Positions 40,393-50,948 of a stretch of DNA of 64,000 nt are shown piece by piece. This DNA is from Candidatus Sulfomarinibacteraceae bacterium (lineage in GTDB: Bacteria > Acidobacteriota > Thermoanaerobaculia > Thermoanaerobaculales > Sulfomarinibacteraceae): positions 544,001-608,000 of the forward strand of contig CAWCLO010000001.1 in assembly GCA_963796455.1 (NCBI GenBank), given 5' to 3'. A program made the translations under genes and the position numbers. The first letter of the stretch is position 1. Each line of letters starts with the position of its first letter. The notes under the pieces are model-generated. The model saw nothing but the letters and a program-made list of their open reading frames with translations, searched no databases and was not told the DNA's origin.

Positions 40393-42060
40393 TCAGGTCT
40401 GGAGCACCCCTACCTTGAAATCGGGGATATCCGGTTGATTCGCCGAGGCGGCGATCGCGCGGGCCAGGCAATCGCGGGTGTCGCGCGGATCGATGATCTC
40501 GTCGACCCACATTCTGGCCGCAGCGTAGCGAGGGTCATTGGTCGCGTCATACCGTGCCTGGATCTCGGCAAGCAGTTTGCCACGCTCCTCCTCGGAGACA
40601 TCCTTGCCGCGGTTTTTGAGCTGAATGGCAAGGAGAGTCTCGGAGGCTTGCTGCCCCCCCATCACCGCGATCGTTGCCGACGGCCAGGCAAAGTAGAACC
40701 TCGCGCCATAGGCGCGACCGCACATGGCGTAGTTGCCTGCGCCGAAGGAGTTGCCGACAAAAACTGTGAATTTCGGCACCACCGAGTTGGCCACAACGTT
40801 GACCATTTTTGCGCCGTCCTTGATGATCCCGTCGCGTTCGGATTTGGACCCCACCATGAAACCGGTGACATCCTGGAGAAAGACGATCGGAATCCCCTTC
40901 TGGTTCATCAGCTCGACGAAGCGCGCGCCTTTGTCGGCGGAATCGGAGTAGATCACTCCACCGATCTGGGTTTCCTGCTCGTTGTCCGCCAGACCACGCC
41001 GACGTTTCACGATCTGGCGTTGATTGGCCACGACGCCGACCGCCCAGCCATCGATACGGCCTGTGCCGCATATCAGCGTCTTCCCGTAGGTCGCCTTGTA
41101 CTCGGTGAACTCGGACCCGTCGAGCAACACCGCGATCAGATCGCGCATGTCATAGGGGCGAGCACGGTCGGCCGGAAGCAGACCGAGCAGATCTTCGGGC
41201 TCACCCAGCGGAGGCCGCGCCTCGACGCGATCGAAGGGCGCTCTGGCGGGCCGCGCCAGCTCGCCGATCCGAGAGCGGATGTGATCGATGGCCGCCTCGT
41301 CGTCGGGGAAACGGTCATCGACCACCCCGGAAATATCCACCTGGACCTCGGCACCACCCAGTTCCTGGTTGTCCATTCGCTCACCGATCGCCGCCTGGAC
41401 CAGATGAGCCCCGGCCAGAAAAATTGTCCCGTTGCCCTCGACGATAAGTGCCTCATCGGACATGATCGGGAGGTAGGCACCGCCGGCGACGCAGGACCCG
41501 AGGATGGCGGAGATCTGATAGATGCCCTGGGCGGAGAGACGGGCGTTGTTGTAGAACACACGACCAAAATGCTCGCGATCGGGGAAAATCTCATCCTGCA
41601 TCGGCAGAAAAACACCGGCCGAGTCCACCAGGTAGATCAATGGGAGCCGGTTCTCCATCGCGATCTCCTGGGCCCGGAGGATTTTTTTGCAGGTAATCGG
41701 AAACCAGGCACCGGCTTTGACCGTTGCGTCATTGGCGACCACCATGCATTCGCGCCCACGCACCATGCCGAGGCCGACGACAACTCCCGCCGATGGAGCA
41801 CCGCCCCACTCTTCGTACATCTCCCAACCCGCAAAGGCACCGATTTCCAGCAACCTCGTCCCGTCGTCGATCAAGACCTCGATTCGTTCCCGGGCCAGGA
41901 GTTTGCCCTTCTTTTTCTGTTTTTCTGCCGCCTTTTCGCCACCGCCCACGGCGATGCCCTTTTTCTGGGCCTCGAGAATCCGCAACTCGTTGCGCCAGTG
42001 ATCGCGGTTGGTCTCGAAGGCGATATTCTTATTCGGTGTGTGATCGAGGACCTTGGACAT
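40393..42060 (-). CDS. acyl-CoA carboxylase carboxyltransferase subunit (methylcrotonyl-CoA carboxylase beta-like)
   Basis: GKLLARERI, ANDATVKAGA, GSCVAGGAY, QDVTGFMVG, GAGNYAMCGRAY. Confidence 0.93.
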   Translation of the reverse strand: MSKVLDHTPNKNIAFETNRDHWRNELRILEAQKKGIAVGGGEKAAEKQKKKGKLLARERIEVLIDDGTRLLEIGAFAGWEMYEEWGGAPSAGVVVGLGMVRGRECMVVANDATVKAGAWFPITCKKILRAQEIAMENRLPLIYLVDSAGVFLPMQDEIFPDREHFGRVFYNNARLSAQGIYQISAILGSCVAGGAYLPIMSDEALIVEGNGTIFLAGAHLVQAAIGERMDNQELGGAEVQVDISGVVDDRFPDDEAAIDHIRSRIGELARPARAPFDRVEARPPLGEPEDLLGLLPADRARPYDMRDLIAVLLDGSEFTEYKATYGKTLICGTGRIDGWAVGVVANQRQIVKRRRGLADNEQETQIGGVIYSDSADKGARFVELMNQKGIPIVFLQDVTGFMVGSKSERDGIIKDGAKMVNVVANSVVPKFTVFVGNSFGAGNYAMCGRAYGARFYFAWPSATIAVMGGQQASETLLAIQLKNRGKDVSEEERGKLLAEIQARYDATNDPRYAAARMWVDEIIDPRDTRDCLARAIAASANQPDIPDFKVGVLQT

Positions 42061-42135
42061 GGGCACTCCTTGTTTCGGTATTGTACGCCTACTCCGAGTA
42101 CGCGGCAGCCAGGACGCAGTACTCAGGGCGTGAGT

Positions 42136-42228
42136 TCGCTATCGCAATCGCTATCGGAATCGCTATCGAAAAATTGGACGATCAACCTCACCGCCGATAG
42201 CGATAGCGATCCCGATAGCGATAGCGAT
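42136..42228. repeat. inverted hexamer tracts (ATCGCT)n...(AGCGAT)n
   Basis: 42136-42168 and 42195-42228 are mutually complementary. Confidence 0.85.
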
Positions 42229-42340
42229 TTCCAGTTCCGGTATATCTGCGATATCTACGGAGAGCCCAGGGCCGACCTTTTCACGGCGTAGTGCGTAGCA
42301 CGAAGCCGGATGGTAAACTCCCCCTTCGATCGGAGATCTC

Positions 42341-43264
42341 ATGGCAAGAATCAAGGTACGGCGGATCCACCGCGAAGAGCTTCCCGGAATCGCCATTCTG
42401 CGCGACGCGGTTGCTGCGGATCTGGCGGCCTTTCCCGCAAACCACGGCGTACTCGACCTCGATATGGAGGTCGACCCCAATCTTCGCCATCTCATCAAAA
42501 ACGATCCGGATGGTATCTTCACCGCCTACGAGGGCAGTGAAACCCTTGGATTCGGCGCCGCCACCATCCGTTCGCGGCAGTGCATTCTGTCGGAGTTATG
42601 GGTCCTTCCGCAGCACCAGGGCCGGGGAGCCGGCGGCGCTCTCATGAACCGTCTATTGGCCTATGGCGTGCAGTCCGGGGCTCGCGAGTTCCTCGCCCTG
42701 GCACCGACCGAGACCAGTATTCAAGCGATGCTCCTGGGACACGGAATGGCACCGATGGTGCCGGTTTTCCTCTTCAGTCTGGCCGTCGAGGACGCCGCCC
42801 AGCTCGCCCAGGCACTGGTTCGCCTTTTGCCCGGAGCTGAGGTCACATCCGATTTGATGATCCGCCGAGGTCAGGCGGACGTCGACCGCATCGATCAATT
42901 GACACGAAACATCGTCCGCGGCGTCGATCATGATTTCTGGCTCAAACAACGCGGCCATCGCGCAGCTTTTGTGCGCCAGGGCGAGCGAAACGCAGCCTAC
43001 GCGTACGGCAGCGCCGACCAGGTGGGTCCGGTCGCAGGGAGTACCCAGGACGCGGCCCTGTCGGCCCTCGGTTGGGCCATTCAACTCGCCGTCGACTCGG
43101 AGGCACCGGGCCCCCTGGAAATTCGGGTCCCGGCACCATTCAAGCCGGCCATAGAGGCTCTGTTGGAGAGCAACGCACGATTGCAGGCAACCATGATGCT
43201 GTATGGCAAGGACTCTTCCCTGGCCTTTGACCGTCTGGTCTTCGGGCTCCCCTGCCTGCCATGA
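42341..43264 (+). CDS. GNAT family N-acetyltransferase
   Basis: LWVLPQHQGRGAGGALM acetyl-CoA-binding motif. Confidence 0.85.
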   Translation: MARIKVRRIHREELPGIAILRDAVAADLAAFPANHGVLDLDMEVDPNLRHLIKNDPDGIFTAYEGSETLGFGAATIRSRQCILSELWVLPQHQGRGAGGALMNRLLAYGVQSGAREFLALAPTETSIQAMLLGHGMAPMVPVFLFSLAVEDAAQLAQALVRLLPGAEVTSDLMIRRGQADVDRIDQLTRNIVRGVDHDFWLKQRGHRAAFVRQGERNAAYAYGSADQVGPVAGSTQDAALSALGWAIQLAVDSEAPGPLEIRVPAPFKPAIEALLESNARLQATMMLYGKDSSLAFDRLVFGLPCLP

Positions 43265-45327
43265 GCAAGGGGTTGCGCCGGCCCGAAGACGGCCGCTACC
43301 GCGTTCACTATGAAAGTGAACTGAACGAACAACAACTCGAAATCGTAATGCATCCGGGAGGACCGATGTTGGCCCTCGCCGGCGCCGGCACGGGCAAGAC
43401 CCGCGCCCTGGTCTACCGCACCTGCCGGCTCATCGAAGACGGTGTGCCGCCGTCGCGAATCCTGCTCCTCACCTTCACCAACAAGGCGGCAAAGGAAATG
43501 ATGGGCCGGGTCGATCAGCTGGTTGAACGCGGCACTTCCCGAGTCACCGGAGGCACCTTTCACTCGGCAGGACACCGCATCCTGCGCCGCTACGCGGATC
43601 TTCTGGGGTATTCGACACGTTTTTCGATTCTTGACCGGGAGGATGCGACCGAACTGATGGGCGCCGCGTTGGCCGACGTCAGCCCGGAGGTTCCGAGCCG
43701 CCGGTTGCCGAGGTCGCGACTCCTGGTGGACACCTACAGCTTCATCATCAACACCGGACGCGACATTGAACAGGTGCTGACCGAGCGCAGTCCTCAGTTT
43801 TTCGACCAGGCCGAGCTGATTGCCACGGTCTTCAAACGATATCTCGAGCGCAAACGCGCGGCCGATCTGATGGACTTCGACGATCTGCTGCTCAACTGGC
43901 TTCTGTTGTTGACCAGGTTCCCCCGTGCGCGCGCCGAGCTCCGTGAGCGATTCAGTCACGTCCTGGTTGATGAGTACCAGGACACCAATCGACTGCAGGC
44001 CGATATCGTCGATGCCATGTTGGGGCCGGAACGCAATGTGATGGTGGTAGGTGATGACGCCCAGTCGATCTACGCGTTCCGTGGAGCCGATTTCGAGAAC
44101 ATCATCGGTTTCCCCGAGCGCCACCCCGATTGCAAAGTCTTCCGTCTCGAAACCAATTACCGCTCGGTGCCGCCGATCCTCGAGCTTGCCAACGCTTCGA
44201 TCTCTCACAATCAGCGGCAATTTGAAAAGAATCTCCGTCCCGTACGGTCCGGCGACGAAAAACCTATCGAAGTCGCGGTTCCCTCTCCTGAGGCCCAGGG
44301 TGAGTATGTTGCCGACCGTATTCTGGAGCTTCGCGAGGAGGGCTTCGAGTTGGAGGACATGGCGGTCCTCTATCGTAATCATGCGCACTCCCTTGATCTG
44401 CAGGTGGAACTCGCCCGCCGAAATATCCCATTCAGGGTTCGGTCTGGGCTTCGATTCTTCGAAAATCGCCACGTCAAGGACGCTTTGGCCCACCTCCGGT
44501 TTCTGGATAATCCCCGCGATGAAATCGCTTTCGCTCGTCTGATCAAGCTTCGTGATGGATTCGGGCCTCGACTGGCAAACAGGGTCTGGGATCGATTGAA
44601 GGGCACGGACCCACTCCGATGCCTGCTCGAGCTCGAGATCGGAGTTCTGGGGCTGCCGCGCGGCGCGAGTTCGTCGATGCAGGAGGTGCAGACTCTGATG
44701 GCGGAAATCGCTTCCCCAAAGATCTTGAGCCAACCGGGGGAAGCGATCCGCAGCGTGGTGGAGTCCTTCTACAAATCCTGGGCTCGATCGCACCTCGAGA
44801 ACGCGGGTTCACGACTCGAAGATCTGGAGCAACTGGCCCTTTTTGCAGACGGATACCCTGACGTCAATACCTTTCTTTCCGAGGTGACCCTTCTCAACGA
44901 TCTTTCGGGCGAGGACGCGACCGCCGGCCCGCCGGACGAAATGGTAACCCTCTCGACGGTCCATCAGGCCAAGGGCATTGAATGGCGCGCCGTGTTTATC
45001 ATCTGGCTCGCCGAGGGGCGTTTCCCGACATTTCGAATGGATGACGAGGAGGAAGAGCGCCGCCTCTTCTACGTGGCCGCCACGAGGGCCGGCGACCGCC
45101 TCGAGTTGATTCGTCCCGAGCTCGCGCGTGATCGATATCGTGTCGATACGATCGTCGAGCCATCCCGATTTCTCAGCGAACTGCCGCAGGACGTTCGAGA
45201 GCTGGTTGTTCTCTCCGAAGATCGCTTGTCCGATGGCATCGATGCCCTGCAGGGCGGCGGCCGTTATCAGCTTCCAGCCTTTCTCGAAGAGAGCAGCGAC
45301 CCGGACGGCGACGACGAGGTCAACTGA
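43261..45327 (+). CDS. UvrD/PcrA-family ATP-dependent helicase
   Basis: AGAGTGKT, TFTNKAA, VDEYQDTN, GDDAQSIY, NYRS, STVHQAKGIE, EERRLFYVA. Confidence 0.96.
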   Translation: MSKGLRRPEDGRYRVHYESELNEQQLEIVMHPGGPMLALAGAGTGKTRALVYRTCRLIEDGVPPSRILLLTFTNKAAKEMMGRVDQLVERGTSRVTGGTFHSAGHRILRRYADLLGYSTRFSILDREDATELMGAALADVSPEVPSRRLPRSRLLVDTYSFIINTGRDIEQVLTERSPQFFDQAELIATVFKRYLERKRAADLMDFDDLLLNWLLLLTRFPRARAELRERFSHVLVDEYQDTNRLQADIVDAMLGPERNVMVVGDDAQSIYAFRGADFENIIGFPERHPDCKVFRLETNYRSVPPILELANASISHNQRQFEKNLRPVRSGDEKPIEVAVPSPEAQGEYVADRILELREEGFELEDMAVLYRNHAHSLDLQVELARRNIPFRVRSGLRFFENRHVKDALAHLRFLDNPRDEIAFARLIKLRDGFGPRLANRVWDRLKGTDPLRCLLELEIGVLGLPRGASSSMQEVQTLMAEIASPKILSQPGEAIRSVVESFYKSWARSHLENAGSRLEDLEQLALFADGYPDVNTFLSEVTLLNDLSGEDATAGPPDEMVTLSTVHQAKGIEWRAVFIIWLAEGRFPTFRMDDEEEERRLFYVAATRAGDRLELIRPELARDRYRVDTIVEPSRFLSELPQDVRELVVLSEDRLSDGIDALQGGGRYQLPAFLEESSDPDGDDEVN

Positions 45328-45349
45328 TTCGGTAACCTGAGACCTCAGG

Positions 45350-45378
45350 TTGACAAAAAGATATCAATATATTAGAAT
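45350..45378 (+). promoter_or_regulatory. sigma70 promoter
   Basis: TTGACA-17 bp-TAGAAT. Confidence 0.8.
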
Positions 45379-45421
45379 ATTCTTGAATGGTTATGTATGA
45401 ATTTCAACAAAGGAGATCAAC

Positions 45422-45799
45422 ATGGCAGTCACACAATTGACTCAACAGAACATCGACGAAACCATCAACAACAACGACATTGTCGTGATCGACTTCTGGG
45501 CCCCCTGGTGCGGACCGTGTAAAGCATTCAAACCTGTGTTCGAAGAGGCTTCGGAGCGGCACACCAACATAACTTTTGCAGCCTGCAACACCGAGGAGCA
45601 GGTGGAACTCGCCTCGAGCTTCAGGATCCAGTCCATTCCAACTCTCGTGGTTTTTCGCGAAGGCATCGGGATCTTCGGGCAGCCGGGAATGCTCCCGGCC
45701 GAGGCCCTGGATGAGCTGGTCGAAAAGGTCCGCGCATTGGATATGGCTGAGGTTCGGGCGGAAGTCGAGAAGCAGCAGGCCGAGACTGTCGAAGCCTGA
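45422..45799 (+). CDS. trxA: thioredoxin
   Basis: DFWAPWCGPC, SIPTL; AAGGAG RBS. Confidence 0.93.
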   Translation: MAVTQLTQQNIDETINNNDIVVIDFWAPWCGPCKAFKPVFEEASERHTNITFAACNTEEQVELASSFRIQSIPTLVVFREGIGIFGQPGMLPAEALDELVEKVRALDMAEVRAEVEKQQAETVEA

Positions 45800-45824
45800 G
45801 CGACTGATGATTTTTTAATTCATT

Positions 45825-45852
45825 GCCGGGGTCCATTGGACCCCGGCGTTTT
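45825..45852 (+). terminator. intrinsic terminator
   Basis: GCCGGGGTCC-ATT-GGACCCCGGC followed by GTTTT. Confidence 0.75.
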
Positions 45853-45922
45853 CGTGCCGGACTAACGGCGTCCACCCGCCATCCAGTGCTCTCTGTTATA
45901 GTCCGCCACCGGGCGTGCTGTG

Positions 45923-47191
45923 ATGTCGACACACCATCTGAATGCATCCGATTCGAAGACCACCTCCTATTTGGGCTGGTCTGTGTTGGCCCTCGCCATG
46001 TCAATTCCCCTGTACCGACCGTGGGTCGGCATGGCGGCAGTGCTCATCTTGATCATCTGGATATTCGGTGGTGGCGTCCGCCGACGGCTCCACGATCTGA
46101 CGACCAGCCGGTTGAACCTCGCCGTCCTCGTCTTCATCGGCGTCAACCTGCTGTCCCTCGCGTGGTCCGCCTTTCCAGGAGACGGTTTTCGATATACCAG
46201 AAAATACTGGTACCTCTTGCTGATTCCGGTACTCGCGAGCGCCGTCACCCCCGTTTTTCGTCGCGCCGCCGTCACCGTCTTTGCCTTTGCGGCCGCAGCA
46301 TCCTCAGCGGTTTCGATCGCAATATTTTGTGGTCTTTTCCGTTTTGGCGGCGCCCATCCGGGCAACCCCTCTCCGCTGATGCACCACATCGATTTCAGCC
46401 TCATCCTGGCCCTCGCGGCGCTGTTGATTCTCAACCGCCTGCTCCACGGAGATCTCACCTCTACCCGACGCACCGTGTGGATTGTCCTCTTCTCGGTCGT
46501 AGTTTGTGGCCTGCTCGTGAATATCGGCCGTAGCGGCCACCTCGCGTTCATCGGTGGACTTGCGGCTCTCTTGGGATTCTGGGCCCTCGGCCGCTCCAAA
46601 AGAACCCTTGCGACAGCAGCAGCCGTCCTCCTGATTGGCCTGGCCGCCACGTGGTACGGCATGCCAAGGGTTCGAGATCGAGTGCAGGAGGGCACGGGAC
46701 AGATACGCGCAGCCGTGGTTGACAAACAATTTCAAGGCTCGCTTGGCGGCAGGGTGGCCGCGACGCTCGTGGCGGGAGAAATCATCCGCGCCCACCCCCT
46801 CCTCGGAACCGGTGTCGGGGCCAATATGCCCGAATTCAGACGGATCCTCGAATCTGAATACCCGGAATTCTCATTCGCCATTTCCTGGTATCCGCATTTT
46901 CACAACCAATACACTCAGATCGCCACCGAGCTGGGTCTGCTCGGTCTGTTGTCTCTTGCCTGGATTTTCTTCGAACTGGTGCGCGGCCCGATACATAATC
47001 GGGAGTTCAAAGCTACGGCGATCATTCTGGCGACCGTCTACCTCCTCGGATTCATCGGCGAGCCCTTCCTCCACAAACAGCTCACCCTGGTCGCCTTCGC
47101 CCTGTTTGCCGGGCTGATCGCCGGAGAGCAACTGGATTCCAGCGATCGGGGACAGCGACGGGGAACGGCAGACAGCGTCAGCCAACAGTAG
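45923..47191 (+). CDS. O-antigen ligase family (Wzy_C) membrane protein
   Basis: Multiple TM helices; GRSG, HPLLGTGVG, HFHNQYTQIATELGLLG. Confidence 0.9.
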   Translation: MSTHHLNASDSKTTSYLGWSVLALAMSIPLYRPWVGMAAVLILIIWIFGGGVRRRLHDLTTSRLNLAVLVFIGVNLLSLAWSAFPGDGFRYTRKYWYLLLIPVLASAVTPVFRRAAVTVFAFAAAASSAVSIAIFCGLFRFGGAHPGNPSPLMHHIDFSLILALAALLILNRLLHGDLTSTRRTVWIVLFSVVVCGLLVNIGRSGHLAFIGGLAALLGFWALGRSKRTLATAAAVLLIGLAATWYGMPRVRDRVQEGTGQIRAAVVDKQFQGSLGGRVAATLVAGEIIRAHPLLGTGVGANMPEFRRILESEYPEFSFAISWYPHFHNQYTQIATELGLLGLLSLAWIFFELVRGPIHNREFKATAIILATVYLLGFIGEPFLHKQLTLVAFALFAGLIAGEQLDSSDRGQRRGTADSVSQQ

Positions 47192-47940
47192 ACAGGGGCA
47201 GCGATCAGTCTGACTGGTACGGAGACCTGCAATCAAGACTTTGGGTTGAGCAAACGCCAGGTCATGGCACGGACCTGATCGAAGGCCTTCATCGCTTCAC
47301 TGGCTCCATTCCGGCTGATCGCCCCGGTGTGCGCGAGGAGCTCCAAGTGGCTGTCGACCTCTTTCGCCGAGGCGTAGGCGATTCTCCAGTGGTTCGAACG
47401 GTCTCTACCAACTCGGCCGTGCCCTTCTGCCAGGTTCGCAGGGACTGAACTCGCCGACCGGATTACCTGATCGGCAATAGGCTTCAGCGGAGCTGAAACC
47501 CTCATCACGAGCTTGATCGCGATTCCTGCTGCTTCGAGGGCTTTCGAGTGGGCAACGAGGTTGGTGGTCGTGGCGGCGTTGGACATGGTCACCTCCGGGT
47601 CGTTCATGCCCATACCCACAAGCCGGTGTGGCGGCCGATGTCAAGGATGCCCTGCACCCTGCCTGTCCTTGACATCGGCCGCCCACCGGCTACCCCCTTC
47701 TCTTGAACGACCCGGAGATGGCCACTTCGTCGCCTGTACTGCTGACCGCTGCCGCTGAACACTGATCACTGTTTGCTGTCCCTGTCGCTGCTAACTGTCG
47801 CTGACGCTGGACACTGTCGCTGCCACTGCAATACGGGCGTGGACGCGAACTCGGACTCGCACGCGGGCACGGGGAAACCGCAAACCGGATATGCCAAAAA
47901 GCAATCCCTAAACCTCGGGTGGTCAGGTGGGCAACTTTAT
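47140..47940 (-). mobile_element. repeated four-helix-bundle cassette, copy 2 (boundaries approximate)
   Basis: Same architecture as copies 1 and 3; shares GTCAGGTGGG(C/T)AACTT near its right end with copy 1. Confidence 0.6.
47233..47586 (-). CDS. four helix bundle protein, copy 2, 117 aa
   Basis: Same signature and length as copy 1; leader hairpin at 47587-47723. Confidence 0.9.
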   Translation of the reverse strand: MSNAATTTNLVAHSKALEAAGIAIKLVMRVSAPLKPIADQVIRSASSVPANLAEGHGRVGRDRSNHWRIAYASAKEVDSHLELLAHTGAISRNGASEAMKAFDQVRAMTWRLLNPKS

Positions 47941-47978
47941 CGACGAATTGCAGGGCAAAAAGCGACGTAAAAAAGGGC

Positions 47979-48866
47979 TCAGTCCGCGCCTTCTTTGTCC
48001 TCACCCTCGCCCTGATCCGCGAGTTCTTTCAAACCCTGCCAGGTCTTCTCGTCCTCGTCGAACTCGGGAAGCGTCGGAGGGACCCCTCGATCATCGTTGA
48101 CCTGCCAGCCCCACAGGATGGCGAATTTCATGTAGGTGCTGTAGGCCTGCAGGAGGCAGAACACAATTCCGAGGGAGCCATCGAGGATCCCGAGTTGAAG
48201 AAAATAGGTTCTGAAGAAACGCCACATCGGTCGAAAGAGGACCTCGAGGGCGCTGGTGCGGACTCCGTCCCGCCAACACTGCGCAGCATTCCAATAACCG
48301 TATTTTGCGAGGCGAAAGGCGTACTCGTCGAAACTCCGATCCACCATGTAATGGTCGATAGCATTCTTCAGGATCGGCGTCTCTCCGGTTGTATGCAGAA
48401 CCGAGTGAACCCGCCGGTTCTCGTAGAAGGCGGTTCCATTGCGAAACAACCGCGCCACCCGATCATGTTGCCAACCGGAAAACCTGATTCGCCGGCCGAG
48501 AATGAAAACGCTCCGGTTCATCATGTACGCATCGTGCTTCGGGCCAGCCAAAAGGATGGATTCGACCTCCTGTCGGAGTTTGGGGGTACACCGTTCGTCC
48601 GAATCGAGAAGGAAGATCCAATCACTCTTCACGTGCTGTAGCGCCCAGTTCTTCTGCGCACCGGCACCGAAGTACCTGCGCTGGAAGAAGCGAACCTTGT
48701 CGTAGCTCTGAGCGATTTCGGGGGTGCGATCCGACGAAAAGGAATCGACCACGATGATCTCGTCGCACCATTCGAGCGACTCGATGCAGTCGGCAATGTT
48801 GTGTTCTTCGTTGAACGAGGTGATGACTCCGCTCACCGCTGGACGTTTCTTTTCATCGCTAGCCAA
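47979..48866 (-). CDS. glycosyltransferase family 2 (WaaE/KdtX-like)
   Basis: FNEEHNI, VDSFSSDRT, QKNWAL, LDSDER. Confidence 0.92.
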   Translation of the reverse strand: MASDEKKRPAVSGVITSFNEEHNIADCIESLEWCDEIIVVDSFSSDRTPEIAQSYDKVRFFQRRYFGAGAQKNWALQHVKSDWIFLLDSDERCTPKLRQEVESILLAGPKHDAYMMNRSVFILGRRIRFSGWQHDRVARLFRNGTAFYENRRVHSVLHTTGETPILKNAIDHYMVDRSFDEYAFRLAKYGYWNAAQCWRDGVRTSALEVLFRPMWRFFRTYFLQLGILDGSLGIVFCLLQAYSTYMKFAILWGWQVNDDRGVPPTLPEFDEDEKTWQGLKELADQGEGEDKEGAD

Positions 48867-49038
48867 TGCCTGTGCCTCCGGGGTAAGGAATCCTCACACG
48901 ATCAAGGGATCCGACTCTCGATCCAAGGCCACGACCGGGACGGCTCCACGGCCTGATTCGAGACGGTGGGATCGTAGCACAAAGCAAACATCACCCAAGT
49001 GATGGTGGGGTCTTCGCAGCATTTCGAGTTATCATGGA

Positions 49039-49752
49039 GTGATGGTCGAGAACCGGCAACACGTGCTTGTAGTCGGCGGCAAAGAGGACGGTCTCAATCG
49101 AGTCGCACCCATGCTGCGCAGGGCGGAATTCAGCGTCCACACGGTGGACGAGTCGCCGTTTCTCCTCGATCTCGTGTTGAGTACCGCCTTCGAACTCGTG
49201 GTCGTCAACTATCCAATGGACAACCTGTCGATCGACGATCTCCTCGAGACCGTTCGTGAGGAAGGGTCCGCCTGCCACGGTGCCGGGATTCTCCTCCTCA
49301 CAGACCCGACCATGCTCGACGACGCACAGGCGCTCGTGGATGTGGGCGCAAACCGTGCGATCTGCACCGACTGGAACGAGGCTCGCCTCTGGCAGGCAGT
49401 CGGAGATCTGCTCGATATCGCTCCGAGAATCTTCATGAGGGTGTTGCTTCACGCCGAGGTCGAGGTTCAGACACCGGGAACCAAAACGGTCTTTCAGACT
49501 GTCAACGTGTCGGTCACTGGAGCACTCTTGCAGGGTTCCGAAATGATTGACCCCGGTGCGACCTTCGATTTCCTCTTCCGCCTTCCGGGCGGCGGACTCG
49601 TCGAAGGGACCGCAGAGGCTGTCCGTCAGACAAACACCCTCCGCGAGGGCGTGAACGGAATCGGGACCCGTTTCGTGGGTTTTCGCGGCGACAGCGAGGA
49701 GCGTCTCCTCAGCCACGTCAGACGCCAGGTCTACCTCGGCAACAGGAGATAG
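49039..49752 (+). CDS. degenerate receiver domain + PilZ domain protein
   Basis: C-terminal APRIFMR..NVSVTGALL PilZ-like motif; receiver-like N-terminus lacking canonical acidic residues. Confidence 0.7.
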   Translation: MMVENRQHVLVVGGKEDGLNRVAPMLRRAEFSVHTVDESPFLLDLVLSTAFELVVVNYPMDNLSIDDLLETVREEGSACHGAGILLLTDPTMLDDAQALVDVGANRAICTDWNEARLWQAVGDLLDIAPRIFMRVLLHAEVEVQTPGTKTVFQTVNVSVTGALLQGSEMIDPGATFDFLFRLPGGGLVEGTAEAVRQTNTLREGVNGIGTRFVGFRGDSEERLLSHVRRQVYLGNRR

Positions 49753-50948
49753 AACCGGCCGTCATTTTTCATCCGGCCGGCTATCGCTGCGGCTTCATCG
49801 CCGGCACCGACAAAGAGATCAACTCTCCCCGGCCCTCGGATCGCACCACCGGTGTCCTGATTCACCGAGAAGCGCGCAAATTCCACCTCGCCCCCATCGT
49901 CGCTGGGCATCGTACCTTCGATCCACGCCATCACCGGTGCCGGAAACAGCCGCCGATCGGTGGCAATGGATCGCCCAGCTGTAACAGGCACGCCATAACA
50001 ACCGAGGGGGCCGTCGGTGGTATCGAGCGGACGGAAGAAGACATAGGACGGATTGTAGGAAAGAACCCTCCGCACCTCTTCCGGGTTCTCTGCGAGGAAG
50101 GTCCGAATCGCCTGCATCGACATCTCTTCACGGCTCACGAGGCCCTCGTCGATCAAGAGCTTTCCGATCGATTTGTAGGGATGTCCGTTCGCGACTGCAA
50201 AACCGGCGCGCTTCCGCGAACCGTCTTCAAAAACCAGGGTTCCAGAGCCCTGGATCTGCAGAAAAAAAAGATCCACAGGATCCGCCACATATCCGAGTAC
50301 CGGCGCGGCGGCCGCGAGACCCTCACCAAAGTCGATTGCCGCACGATCCGGATACGGCACCAGATCATGTCCATCGACCCGGCCTACCAGACTTCGTGAG
50401 GCTGGATCGAGTCCGAAATCGCGCAGGTCGATCTTGACGAGATCGTCGGGGATGCCCCGGACCGGAACCGTGTATCCAGGCTCCTCCTCGAGGCGGGCAT
50501 CGAGCAGCGGTTCGTAATATCCCGTGAAGAGCACTTCGCCTCGCCTATTTCGCCCGACCGATCGCAGGAGGATGAAGTCTTCCTGCAACAGGCGGGTTCG
50601 AAGCGCCGGATCACCTTCGGTTTGCATGATTTCCCGGAATCGACGCACCCCGTCGGCGAGTTGGGCGGCGCTTCGATCCAGGGGCCCGAAGCTGAAGACC
50701 CGTTCGGGAGGGACGCGCTCGAGATAGCTCAGCGAGTGATCGCAGGCCGCCAGCAGGGACTCAACCGGAAGATCGTCTGCCAGGACGGGCCACCGGTTGG
50801 CGGAAACCTCTTTCAAGGGCCGTTTGGAACGAGCCGTAACGGAACTTCCGGTCGAGCAACCCAGCGAAATCACACACAGAGCCACCACGAAGCAGCGGAC
50901 GGAAAACGGCACGCTCAACGGACGAGAACCAGGGACAACCACGGCCAA
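49731..50948 (-). CDS. mltA: membrane-bound lytic murein transglycosylase A
   Basis: Lipobox-like SLGC; FTGYYEP, FFLQIQGSG, NPSYVFFR, QDTGGAIRG..RVDLF. Confidence 0.93.
   Translation of the reverse strand: MAVVVPGSRPLSVPFSVRCFVVALCVISLGCSTGSSVTARSKRPLKEVSANRWPVLADDLPVESLLAACDHSLSYLERVPPERVFSFGPLDRSAAQLADGVRRFREIMQTEGDPALRTRLLQEDFILLRSVGRNRRGEVLFTGYYEPLLDARLEEEPGYTVPVRGIPDDLVKIDLRDFGLDPASRSLVGRVDGHDLVPYPDRAAIDFGEGLAAAAPVLGYVADPVDLFFLQIQGSGTLVFEDGSRKRAGFAVANGHPYKSIGKLLIDEGLVSREEMSMQAIRTFLAENPEEVRRVLSYNPSYVFFRPLDTTDGPLGCYGVPVTAGRSIATDRRLFPAPVMAWIEGTMPSDDGGEVEFARFSVNQDTGGAIRGPGRVDLFVGAGDEAAAIAGRMKNDGRFYLLLPR

Noticed and set aside
37932..44793. Long ORFs 37932-40013(+), 40051-42291(+), 43081-44793(-)
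   Set aside because: Antisense to well-supported genes, with no recognisable motifs.
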